This document shows, piece after piece, positions 42,356-51,410 of a stretch of 64,000 nucleotides of DNA (position 1 is its first letter; each line of letters opens with the position of its first letter). The notes beneath the pieces are model-generated. The model was not told where the DNA came from. It ran no database searches and worked only from the letters and a program-made list of their open reading frames with translations. The position numbers and the translations under genes were made by a program. Location: the sequence record NZ_CP145916.1; one strand, 5' to 3'. The stretch is from a plasmid.

Positions 42356-43330
42356 ATGATTGAATACGAATTTCATGAAACAGCAAATGCGTTCCCGTAT
42401 ATCAGTGGTGATTCTTTCGAGTCCCTGAAAGAAGACATTCGCATCAACGGGATTCTTGAACCAATTTTCCTGTATGAAGGGAAAATTATCGACGGAAGAA
42501 ACCGGTATCGTATTGCGAAAGAATTGAACCTTGAAGATGTCCCTTTCCAGAACTATGAAGGTGATAACCCTGTAGGCTTCGTTCAGAGCATGAACCTCCA
42601 TCGTCGTCAGTTGAGTCCCAGTCAGAAGGCTGCTGCTGCCGCTTTCCTCGCTGATTTCCGCCAAGGTAAGCACGATGATGAAGAAGAGTACCAGACTCAA
42701 GACGCTATAGCGAAAATGCTTGGCATTTCTAAGCGGATGGTTGTTGAGGCCACCAGCCTTAAAAAGAATGGTGATACCGACTTGATTGAACGTGTACGCA
42801 CGGGAGAGATAAGCCTACATAACGCCACTGCTATCGCCCGGCTCAACCCGGAAGACCAAAAATCTATTGTGGGTGAAGGAAGCCAGCGGGCTAAAGAAGT
42901 CGCTAAAAAAATTAAAGCGATGACGAAAGGAAAAGGCCGGAAGAAAAAAGACGACCCGGAACGGATTATTGATATCGCTGATGTCGATGCCTTCTCCTTA
43001 CCGGAAAAAAACATATCAACGAGTGCATTCGAGCCGGAATCTATCGAAATGGAAATAGACGATCCCGCGCCTGAATCTGCCCCTGTAAAAGTGAGGAAGC
43101 CTAGAGGAAAGAAAATTGCCATAGAAGAGGCCAGCGATTTCGGCCACTCGTTGATAGACGCTATAATCGTGCTCGGGGCAACCGCTGAGGATGCCGATGG
43201 GGGGAACAACGTAATACAGGCCGCATTATCTGATGAGCAACTTTCATTGTTTGCTGATTCTTATAATGCTGTTGAGTTACGGGCATTGCTAACTGCCGGG
43301 CTCCGAGAGTTAGAAAAGCTAGTTAAGTAA
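42356..43330 (+). CDS. ParB-like nuclease (ParB/Srx) domain protein
   Basis: GILEPIFLYEGKIIDGRNRYRIAKELNLEDVPF ... NLHRRQLSPSQKA ParB N-domain signature; acidic C-terminus. Confidence 0.6.
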   Translation: MIEYEFHETANAFPYISGDSFESLKEDIRINGILEPIFLYEGKIIDGRNRYRIAKELNLEDVPFQNYEGDNPVGFVQSMNLHRRQLSPSQKAAAAAFLADFRQGKHDDEEEYQTQDAIAKMLGISKRMVVEATSLKKNGDTDLIERVRTGEISLHNATAIARLNPEDQKSIVGEGSQRAKEVAKKIKAMTKGKGRKKKDDPERIIDIADVDAFSLPEKNISTSAFEPESIEMEIDDPAPESAPVKVRKPRGKKIAIEEASDFGHSLIDAIIVLGATAEDADGGNNVIQAALSDEQLSLFADSYNAVELRALLTAGLRELEKLVK

Positions 43331-43367
43331 AAACATATTTTTTTAAAGATCCAAAGGGGGATTTTTT

Positions 43368-44600
43368 ATGACTGAGAAGCGCGGAACCGGAACAGAGTAT
43401 GGTCAGGATAAGCTGAAAGAAAGAGCAGAAGCCTCTGAGGTGACTGAGGAAAAAAAGCCTAAGTCAAAGCTCAAAATTATTAGCATCGTGGTCATAGCCG
43501 CTATTGGGGTGGGGGCATTGTATCCGGTAGTCTTCGACAGTAAAAAAACACCGGCTGAAAAAAACGAAGAGGTTGTGGCTCTTAATTCAGACGGTACTGC
43601 GATAGGCCCAGTGGTCACTAATGCTGATGATAAAGAGAGCCTGAGTGACTCAAATAAGTCCGTCACCACCGACACGGCCATTGCAGATAAACCTGCTGCC
43701 TCTGAACACAGCGATGCTGATAAACCTGCTGACCCTGAAAATAGCGATGCTGATAAGGCTGCTACTGATAAGGCCGATGCAGGCAACGCTGAACAGCCCG
43801 TTGATCATACCGACCCTGAGCAGATGCTGATGGATATGGCCGCACCTACCAATCCGTCAGTTGAAATTGTCCCTGCCGAGAAGATAGTTTCGGATGCCCA
43901 CAAAGGCAGTCCCGTACCGCAACCTATCGCTCAGAATGTCAGTGACGGATCAGCTGGTATCTCTGACAAACTGGCCCCGGAAGACGTTCAGGGCATTAAG
44001 AATGCCGTTAACCATGACCCGACCGTAAACAACGCCAATCAGCCTGCAAATGAGGCTAATGCTGCTGAGGCCAATGCTGCGCCTAAGTTCAGAACCTTTG
44101 AGCCGTCTAAATTTGGTATTGATAACGTCGCTGCACCGCAACACGTCATTGCTCAACCTTCAGCGCAACCTGCTACTCTTCCGCAGTATGCAGCTACCAA
44201 CAACGCGCCATCTGATAGCCAGAACAGTGACGACGTAATCAAAAACTATACTGGGCAATCAGAAGAAGTTACCTATCAGGTTCAGTCCCAGAATACCGTT
44301 TATGTGTACGGTTCATTTGCTGCAAAAGTTTATCTGTTACCCGTTGGCAAAAATGAAAAGGTCAACGCATATCTTTCTGACTCTAAAGGGTGGCAAATCA
44401 GCCAGCTGCCGGGCGATATTCTTCGTATTCAACGTTCAGCAAACAAGTCGGATTGGAGTGACGCTACTGACCTTTTCCTTGTGGCCGGGAAGCGCACTTA
44501 CACCTTAATCCTGCAAGCAGTTGATCAGCCGAAATTGCGTACTGACAGCCTCCGTTATATGGAGCCTAAAACGCAACCAGCACATACCGGAAAAAAATAA
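43368..44600 (+). CDS. membrane-anchored protein with acidic low-complexity linker and conserved C-terminal domain
   Basis: TM near residue 35-55; imperfect SEHSDADKPAD/ENSDADKAATDKADAG repeats. Confidence 0.45.
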   Translation: MTEKRGTGTEYGQDKLKERAEASEVTEEKKPKSKLKIISIVVIAAIGVGALYPVVFDSKKTPAEKNEEVVALNSDGTAIGPVVTNADDKESLSDSNKSVTTDTAIADKPAASEHSDADKPADPENSDADKAATDKADAGNAEQPVDHTDPEQMLMDMAAPTNPSVEIVPAEKIVSDAHKGSPVPQPIAQNVSDGSAGISDKLAPEDVQGIKNAVNHDPTVNNANQPANEANAAEANAAPKFRTFEPSKFGIDNVAAPQHVIAQPSAQPATLPQYAATNNAPSDSQNSDDVIKNYTGQSEEVTYQVQSQNTVYVYGSFAAKVYLLPVGKNEKVNAYLSDSKGWQISQLPGDILRIQRSANKSDWSDATDLFLVAGKRTYTLILQAVDQPKLRTDSLRYMEPKTQPAHTGKK

Positions 44601-44656
44601 CACTTTTGCATATAAATGGCGCATCTCGGTGCGCCTTTTTTATTCTGGAGAAAAAA

Positions 44657-45322
44657 ATGAACCCGGAAATTGTAGATGGTATACGCGCCGACTCAGTTGC
44701 AAATTACATCGACATCCCGCTTTCCAGCTGGACACCTAAGCAGTCTTACCTTGTGTGTCGCGGGCTGGTGGATAATGGTATTGTGCCCGGAAAAGTTGTG
44801 ATCGGTGCTTTCAGAGAGAGAGTTTTTGAATCATTTTATGAGGATCATGATGATGGCTATGCAGTTGTGCATTTTAACTACGCATGGATAGATGCCGGGG
44901 AAAATGGTGTGATTGACCCCTGCCGCTCTGACCTGAATCACGCGGATCAACGGCTTTTTCATTCTCCACTGACGCAGGAATACCACGCACCAATTGACCC
45001 GCTGGAGATGAAGAGTGCAGACCTTCCGCCGCATTACGCCATAGATGAGCTATTCCCACTGAAAAGAGGCTTGCACAAAGAAGTCGTGAATCGGCTATTA
45101 GGTTATAAGGTTGAAGTGGCCGGGTTAACAATGATTGAAGCTGCATACCTAGCTACGCTTCCGGTGTTGACCCTTGGGGATAATGCTAAAATGATTTATC
45201 TGTTTTTGATGCAGAACAACCTCAATAAGCTGATACCGATAGATAACGTGGAAAAATTTTTCCCACGATTGGCAAGAGTTTCACCTCAGCTTTTTCAGCC
45301 ACCAGCCTTTGTAACCCTGTAA
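44657..45322 (+). CDS. hypothetical protein
   Basis: GGAG RBS; 221 aa. Confidence 0.4.
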   Translation: MNPEIVDGIRADSVANYIDIPLSSWTPKQSYLVCRGLVDNGIVPGKVVIGAFRERVFESFYEDHDDGYAVVHFNYAWIDAGENGVIDPCRSDLNHADQRLFHSPLTQEYHAPIDPLEMKSADLPPHYAIDELFPLKRGLHKEVVNRLLGYKVEVAGLTMIEAAYLATLPVLTLGDNAKMIYLFLMQNNLNKLIPIDNVEKFFPRLARVSPQLFQPPAFVTL

Positions 45323-45325
45323 TAG

Positions 45326-45350
45326 AAAGGGGCGCTTAGCGCCCCTTTCT
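45326..45350. terminator. bidirectional hairpin terminator
   Basis: GAAAGGGGCGCttaGCGCCCCTTTC between convergent genes. Confidence 0.6.
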
Positions 45351-45354
45351 ATTT

Positions 45355-46821
45355 TCAGATAATCACTATACTTTTCCCGTTCTCCTGCCGCACACTGAAC
45401 TCTCTCATCAATTCGATGATCGTAGAGTTAATACTGAGATAGTCTTTAGCCCGCGTAATAGCAACATAAATCAGGTTCATTTCATCAATGATGGAGGCTT
45501 TCGGTTTTTTCATGTCTATGGCTTCAAGGACGGAACCAAAGTCGTCATTCAGTACCACATTGTTCCATTCAAGCCCTTTACTGGTATGGGCCGTGGTGAC
45601 AATCAGATCTGCCTCAGCTTCACTTTTAGCCTCATTGTTACGCATGGTAGAAATCATGCCCGGTATGTCAATGTACTCGTCCATGATCCGAATGGCGCGG
45701 TTCATGTTGGTGTCTTTGGTCTTTTCCGCAATGTCTTCGTAGTTGGCCCAGCTGCCATAGTCTTTCAATATTTTCTTGTTTTTTATCTGGTCATATTTCA
45801 TCAGTTTTAGTGAGTGAATATCCAGAAGTTCATCAAGGTTATACTTTGCTATCCCGCCATTCCACATCACGCGTTTACCCATCATTATCGCTTCATGAGC
45901 CGACTGCACAACGCCCATAAACGTGCGGCTGATGATCGCATGGAAGCCCTGCGCCATCACTTCCTGTGGGGAACTAATATAATCCAGCTGACCCAGCCCT
46001 ATAAGCGGGTGTGTTTCACCTTTCATGCTCAGGATGAGGTTAGCAAGCCCGGCAATCATAGGCCCGAAACGGAAAGACTTCGTTAGGCGGAGAATTACCG
46101 CGCCCTGCTCTTCGACCACTGCTAAGGCGTTCTCTGCCCCACGCCAGCGGTTTATCATTTGGTGATCATCCCCAACAACGACTTTGCGGCAGTTATTATT
46201 CAGAACAATATCGAGTGTGACAGGGTTGGCATCCTGCCCCTCATCAAAGAGGATGATGTCATAGAGAGTATGCAGCGAAGGATTGGATAGCTGGAACAAC
46301 TTTAGCAGCGTATTGCCGGTGCATGGTACGTCTGAATTTATATCGATCATACCCTCCCATAGCCGTTTTGCTGCCCGTAACGCGGTATCAAAACGTGTGG
46401 ACGAAATTTTATCCTCGTCCTGAACATCCTTTTTGATGTGCTCCATAGTGATAACTCGATCAGCTGAGTTCATGAAGTTATTCACGCCCCCCACCGCCAA
46501 CTTGACCACCTGCCAGTTATCTTCCCCCAGAATATCCCGGTACTCTTTGACGCTGATATTCATGCGTGTTTTATCGGCATACTCTTTGAATCGGGAAAAG
46601 GCCATCGCGTGAGACGTGGCACAATGCACATTTTTAGGGAATTTTGTTTCTGCTTCTTCACGGATAGCTTTGTTAAAAACAATGTACAAAATTCTTTTGT
46701 CTGCGTTCCTGATAGAGAACTGAATGAGGGTAAACGTCTTACCCGTACCAGCGTAGGCTTTGCCACAAAGTAACTGGCCCGTAAAACTTGCCAGTTTTTC
46801 CTGCTCATCAGTTAATGCCAC
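45355..46821 (-). CDS. UvrD/PcrA-like superfamily-1 DNA helicase
   Basis: Walker A AGTGKT, motif II ILFDEGQD, motif VI-like VTTAHTSKGLEWNNV; GTG start after GAAGGAG. Confidence 0.75.
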   Translation of the reverse strand: MALTDEQEKLASFTGQLLCGKAYAGTGKTFTLIQFSIRNADKRILYIVFNKAIREEAETKFPKNVHCATSHAMAFSRFKEYADKTRMNISVKEYRDILGEDNWQVVKLAVGGVNNFMNSADRVITMEHIKKDVQDEDKISSTRFDTALRAAKRLWEGMIDINSDVPCTGNTLLKLFQLSNPSLHTLYDIILFDEGQDANPVTLDIVLNNNCRKVVVGDDHQMINRWRGAENALAVVEEQGAVILRLTKSFRFGPMIAGLANLILSMKGETHPLIGLGQLDYISSPQEVMAQGFHAIISRTFMGVVQSAHEAIMMGKRVMWNGGIAKYNLDELLDIHSLKLMKYDQIKNKKILKDYGSWANYEDIAEKTKDTNMNRAIRIMDEYIDIPGMISTMRNNEAKSEAEADLIVTTAHTSKGLEWNNVVLNDDFGSVLEAIDMKKPKASIIDEMNLIYVAITRAKDYLSINSTIIELMREFSVRQENGKSIVII

Positions 46822-47167
46822 TAACAGCACTCCTTCTCGTTCGTTGAGATGAAATCAGCTTTCATCAGCGGATTTATTCCGTCTTTCACATCATGTGTTT
46901 ATACCTTATGGCCTGTTCAATCCGGTAAGGAAAAACAGGACATTTTGGGGGTAAATAGGCTGTTTTTTCTTTATGTTAGAGATTGACATCGAAAATATGT
47001 GGCTCTGTTTTTTTAGTCAAAAGTTCACCGCTTTATTCGACAAAAAAAATCGTGAAAAACAGGACAAAACGACCTCTTTTTCATGCGAGGAAATGAAAGC
47101 CCTTCCTGTATATTCCACCAAGCACCGAATTTAAGCCCGTCACTACACGACAAAATGAGGATTCATT

Positions 47168-47548
47168 ATGAGCGAAAATGTATTGAAGCCGTATGCAGAG
47201 ATGACCGATGAGGAAAAGCTTGAGCGCTACAATGCGCTTTCAAAAGCAGCATCTAAAGCGGTCAAAAGTTCAATCAATCTCGATGACGATGAAAGAAAGA
47301 TAAAAACAGAAGTAAAAGAAGCCAGTGAAAAGGTTAACGAGCTTTCAAAAAAACTGGGCTCCGGTGAGAGTCATGATCGTGAAGCCTACGATGTAGCTAT
47401 GAAAGAACTGAACTCCGCCAACAAAAGGCTGGGTAAATTCCTCGACAATTACGAAGATAAGCGCGATGGAACCGGTGCTCACCTCAAGGCGTTGCAAGAT
47501 TTTATTGGCGAGATGATTGGTGAGATCTACGATGAGCAGCCGCTTTAA
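47168..47548 (+). CDS. hypothetical coiled-coil protein
   Basis: 126-aa ORF with good RBS. Confidence 0.45.
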   Translation: MSENVLKPYAEMTDEEKLERYNALSKAASKAVKSSINLDDDERKIKTEVKEASEKVNELSKKLGSGESHDREAYDVAMKELNSANKRLGKFLDNYEDKRDGTGAHLKALQDFIGEMIGEIYDEQPL

Positions 47549-47608
47549 CTCCCCTGTACATTTATATGGAAGCCCTGAAAAGGGCTTCATCTGACTTTGG
47601 GGGGCGCA

Positions 47609-47896
47609 ATGTTTTATCTCTACACCGTTCTTTGGATGTCCGCTTGGAGTGTGATAGCCATCTTTGTCTACAGAAAGGATAAACGTCAGGCAGAATCACG
47701 GGGGCTTCGCGTTGAAGAGCTCACGCTTGATGCCCTTGCTATTCTGGGTGGATGGCCCGGTTGCATCTATGCGCAGCACAAGTTCAGACACAAAACCCGT
47801 AGCGCATACCAGCGTCGTTTCCGTGCCCTCGTTACCGCGTGGATCTTAGGGTTTAGCGCCCTGTGGTATTTTTTGTGGGTCGGGCAGTATATTTAA
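47609..47896 (+). CDS. DUF1294-like small membrane protein
   Basis: ...LAILGGWPGCIYAQHKFRHKTRS... typical of DUF1294. Confidence 0.5.
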   Translation: MFYLYTVLWMSAWSVIAIFVYRKDKRQAESRGLRVEELTLDALAILGGWPGCIYAQHKFRHKTRSAYQRRFRALVTAWILGFSALWYFLWVGQYI

Positions 47897-47920
47897 TTTT
47901 TTCTCTTTTCCTATAGGCAC

Positions 47921-47949
47921 AAAAAAACCCGCACATGGCGGGTTTTTTT
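47921..47949. terminator. bidirectional rho-independent terminator
   Basis: AAAAAAACCCGCacatGGCGGGTTTTTTT between convergent genes. Confidence 0.7.
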
Positions 47950-47962
47950 GTGGTCGGGGGGC

Positions 47963-48301
47963 TTAGATACCAGCCGCAGGCAGTACAGTGGTCACGCCTT
48001 CGGTAGAAGCCATCATGCCATCGATGATGTCTGGAGAGTAGTACAGACCGATTGCTGCGCCAACTGCCACTGCGAACACCATCAGTGACTGACGAACAAC
48101 CGCTGCCGCAACACCAACGATAACGATCAGGCCAACCAACACGCGGCCCAGAGAACCCTGCATGTAGTCAGTGATGGTTTTCCACACGTCGCTGAAACCA
48201 GTTTGTTCGGTGCCGTTTGCATATGCAGCAGTTACGCCCAGAGCAATAACAGCAGAAGCGGCCAGAACAGATTTTAAGTTAGAACGATTCAGAGTTTTCA
48301 T
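47963..48301 (-). CDS. pilin-like protein (TraA/TrbC/VirB2-type propilin architecture)
   Basis: Long leader with signal peptide ending AYA, then ~85-aa mature part with two hydrophobic helices (VLVGLIVIVGVAAAVV / VFAVAVGAAIGLYY); isolated gene, not next to traV. Confidence 0.45.
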   Translation of the reverse strand: MKTLNRSNLKSVLAASAVIALGVTAAYANGTEQTGFSDVWKTITDYMQGSLGRVLVGLIVIVGVAAAVVRQSLMVFAVAVGAAIGLYYSPDIIDGMMASTEGVTTVLPAAGI

Positions 48302-48633
48302 AGTGTACATTCCTAAGTCAGTTTCAGTTTTTACGATTTTGGAATGTCCCGCGACTATTTAACGGTTTTGAGCCGGGAACGGGATAAACTATAAAATGAA
48401 TGCCCCTCAAATCCACTTTTAAAAGGGTACAAAAAAGGCACTAAGTAACAGAAAAACCTCTGCTTTTATGGCAAACACCAGAATAGCGATAATTATGCCA
48501 AAATATGACCTTTTCCACTCCCCTCGCCCCCCCTATTATGGCCTTCATCCTTCGGTTTTCCTGATTGCATGTTTTAATGAATAGAGTGAACCGAAAGATA
48601 CTTTTGGTGTGGGGTTATATTTTAGGGGGAATT

Positions 48634-49269
48634 ATGTTCAAGAAAAAAACAGTTTTATGGGTTGCCCTTTTTGCAACCTTGAGCGTCTCATCAGCACATG
48701 CTTTCAGTCTCGGGGATATTGTTGATTCTGCACGTCAGGCCATTGGCAATGATAGCGACTCAACAGAAACGAGCGTCACGCAGTCTAACCCGGCAAAAGC
48801 TGGGGAAAGCAGAATAGCAATTGGATTTTCACCGGAAGGGTCAGCTCAGGCCGCGATCCTAGAGTTCATTAACTCGGCGCAAAAAGAAATATTGGTGTCT
48901 GCATACTCCTTTACTTCACCTGAAATTGTCCGAGCCTTAACTCAGGCCAAGCGTCGTGGCGTGGATGTGAAAATCGTTGTGGACTATAAAGGGAACACTG
49001 CAAAGAGCTCTGTTGCAGCGATGAATCTGGTTGTCAATGCAGGCATACAGATAAGAACTATTCAGAAGTACGCTATTCACCACGATAAATTCATTATCGT
49101 TGACCGGGAAAGTGTGGAAACCGGCTCATTCAACTATTCAAAATCAGCCAATACACGCAACAGCGAAAACGTGATAATTCTCTACAACATGCCGCAGGTA
49201 GCCACGCAGTATTACTCGCACTGGCTGTCACGATGGAACGATGCCCAACCGTGGAGTTCAAGCTACTAA
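48634..49269 (+). CDS. nuc: phospholipase-D-family endonuclease Nuc
   Basis: Signal peptide; HKD motif IHHDKFIIVD; size ~210 aa as for plasmid Nuc. Confidence 0.75.
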   Translation: MFKKKTVLWVALFATLSVSSAHAFSLGDIVDSARQAIGNDSDSTETSVTQSNPAKAGESRIAIGFSPEGSAQAAILEFINSAQKEILVSAYSFTSPEIVRALTQAKRRGVDVKIVVDYKGNTAKSSVAAMNLVVNAGIQIRTIQKYAIHHDKFIIVDRESVETGSFNYSKSANTRNSENVIILYNMPQVATQYYSHWLSRWNDAQPWSSSY

Positions 49270-49277
49270 CAGGCAAT

Positions 49278-49308
49278 AAAAAAGGCTCTCTAAAAAGGAG
49301 CCTTTTTC
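49278..49308. terminator. bidirectional hairpin terminator
   Basis: AAAAAGGCTCtctaaaaaGGAGCCTTTTTC. Confidence 0.6.
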
Positions 49309-49322
49309 TTCTACAGCGTTAT

Positions 49323-49685
49323 TCAGCTGCATTTCCCAAAATAAGTTTTTATCTTATTCTTATATTCAAAGCTTTTCGGGTAAGTAGGATCTGACTCCAC
49401 TTTATCCTCCAGCTCTTTGAATACGGCGTCTTTTGAGGATATTAGTTTGATATCCTTAAACCCCAGAGCCAGATCGCAACGTTCACGCTTAATATCCACA
49501 ACATCGCTCATCACGACGCTTAGCGCGGCATTTTCATTGGCAATTGAGCTCAGGTACTCATCGACCTCACTCCCTTCTACCGGGGCCACGTTTTCCGCTA
49601 CAGGCTCATCTAGTACGAAATCATCCTCAGACCATGCCGAAACGGAAGTTAAAGATAACACCAACAAAATCAGTATTTTTTTCAT
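49323..49685 (-). CDS. hypothetical secreted acidic protein
   Basis: Signal peptide MKKILILLVLSLTSVSA. Confidence 0.45.
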   Translation of the reverse strand: MKKILILLVLSLTSVSAWSEDDFVLDEPVAENVAPVEGSEVDEYLSSIANENAALSVVMSDVVDIKRERCDLALGFKDIKLISSKDAVFKELEDKVESDPTYPKSFEYKNKIKTYFGKCS

Positions 49686-49746
49686 AACGGTATATTCCTT
49701 CGCAAAAAAAAGCACCTCAATCAAGGTGCCTTATATAGCCTGTGAA

Positions 49747-50655
49747 CTACTTCTGAGCCGGAGGCGCGGTTTCTTGAGCCTGAGCTCGCTCTGGGTGTGC
49801 CATACCCTCAATCACTTGCACGAATTTAGCGAAAGGCTGAGCACCAACAATTGTCTCAGTTTTACCCGTCTCATTATCAATGACGATAGTAGCAGGTGTA
49901 CCTGTTACCCCTGCAACGTTCCCGGCCTGCATATCATCTTTGATTTTTTTGATAATCACCGGGTCGGTCAGGCAGGATTCGTATTGTTCCTTATTCAGTC
50001 CGAACAATTCAGGGATCTTGTCTGACCCTGCAAAGCCTTGGCCGTTACCTGCCGAGTTAGTGAACCAGTATTCGGTGAAGGCCCAGAAACCTTTGCTACC
50101 CTTCTGCTGAGCTACACACTCCCCCATCATTGCGGCTTTAGAGGCCATCGGCTCATGGAATGACAGAGGGAAATGACGCCATACCCAGTTCACCATGCCG
50201 TTTTTGGCACTATCAACCAAATACTTAGGCGTTTCGTGGAATCGTTTGCAGAATGGGCATTCGAGATCGGAGTAGTTAATCAGGGTAAAGCGAGCGCTTG
50301 GGTTTCCGTACATATGATGGCCGTCTTTACTTTCACCAGACGCATCCCAGTTTTTGTATAGATTAGCCTGTGCTTCTGCAACTTTATCATTTTCAATATT
50401 TTTCAGTGCTTCGGCAACTGAGCCCTGTAAATCCGCTCCACCTCCCTTTTTCAGAAGCGAAGTATGGTAAGTGATGTCGGCCTGAATACTTTTCAGCATA
50501 TTGCTGTTTTCAATAACAAGCCCTTTGACTTGGTTTATGTTTTTTTCGTTATCGTGCGCTTGATATCCTGCATAAACTGACGCGCCAGCGGCAACAATCA
50601 CTAAACATCCGATCACCAATGGCCCCACGACGGATGGTTTTTTTAACTGACTCAT
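49747..50655 (-). CDS. membrane-anchored DsbA-family thioredoxin-fold protein
   Basis: N-terminal TM; CPFC active site in ...YGNPSARFTLINYSDLECPFCKRFH... Confidence 0.65.
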   Translation of the reverse strand: MSQLKKPSVVGPLVIGCLVIVAAGASVYAGYQAHDNEKNINQVKGLVIENSNMLKSIQADITYHTSLLKKGGGADLQGSVAEALKNIENDKVAEAQANLYKNWDASGESKDGHHMYGNPSARFTLINYSDLECPFCKRFHETPKYLVDSAKNGMVNWVWRHFPLSFHEPMASKAAMMGECVAQQKGSKGFWAFTEYWFTNSAGNGQGFAGSDKIPELFGLNKEQYESCLTDPVIIKKIKDDMQAGNVAGVTGTPATIVIDNETGKTETIVGAQPFAKFVQVIEGMAHPERAQAQETAPPAQK

Positions 50656-50683
50656 TTAAATCCCCCTAGAAAAACTGTTTTAG

Positions 50684-51265
50684 TTACTTCGGTAACTGGT
50701 TATCGATGTACATATTGATACGGTAATCACGTAACTCTTGAGGTTCTCCACCATTAAGAACATCAATTTCATGTTGCGTGAGGCGATAGCCCGGCGTAGA
50801 GCAGTAACGCTGTTTTATCTGCAAATACTCAGAGCGTGTGGCTTTCTGACTTGCGCCACTCAGCATCCGGGAGTTTTCACCACAAAAACTCGGTGTCTGA
50901 GTAAAGGTGCCACGCGGGCCTTTTGCATAAGCAGAGTTAGCCACACTTGTCAGAAGTAAATCGGTGTATTTATCACGTTCGTCACCATAGCGCTTGCCTG
51001 TCGGATCATAAATCGCATATGGACTAACTAACGCATGTTCATACGCTGGTGGTGTCAGTGCTGCTCCACCACGGATAGTTCCATGCCATGTTTCTGTGTA
51101 CGTATAGCCACCGGGAATGTACATTTTCGGCGGGATGATCTGCGTGTAATTCACGTACTCATATTGCTGCCTTTCTTTCTCTTTACTGTCCGAACAACCC
51201 GACAGAAAGACTCCAGCCGCTACGATAGTCACTATCGACAGCTTTAGCCGATGACAATTTTTCAT
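50684..51265 (-). CDS. putative lipoprotein
   Basis: Lipobox VFLSGC. Confidence 0.5.
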   Translation of the reverse strand: MKNCHRLKLSIVTIVAAGVFLSGCSDSKEKERQQYEYVNYTQIIPPKMYIPGGYTYTETWHGTIRGGAALTPPAYEHALVSPYAIYDPTGKRYGDERDKYTDLLLTSVANSAYAKGPRGTFTQTPSFCGENSRMLSGASQKATRSEYLQIKQRYCSTPGYRLTQHEIDVLNGGEPQELRDYRINMYIDNQLPK

Positions 51266-51410
51266 TTAAGGTTCTCCCGTAAAAAAGCCGTTTCATTATC
51301 TAGTATTTGCTTATCAGGAAAAAACTTTTTCCCCGACAGATTGCGGCCTTTTTCCTTTAATAATTCGTACTCTTCTATTGTAAGGTGTCTCCATCAAACG
51401 GAGGCACCAC

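Noticed and set aside
43640-43800. Tandem imperfect repeats (…SEHSDADKPADPENSDADKAATDKADAG…) considered as a CRISPR or iteron array
   Set aside because: The repeats are in-frame coding repeats of an acidic linker in the 43368-44600 protein. There are no regularly spaced identical DNA repeats with unique spacers.
51266-51410. Possible oriT upstream of traI
   Set aside because: There is no inverted-repeat/nic-like structure. In MOB_H elements oriT, as I recall, lies near mobI rather than traI, so it is not supported from this window.
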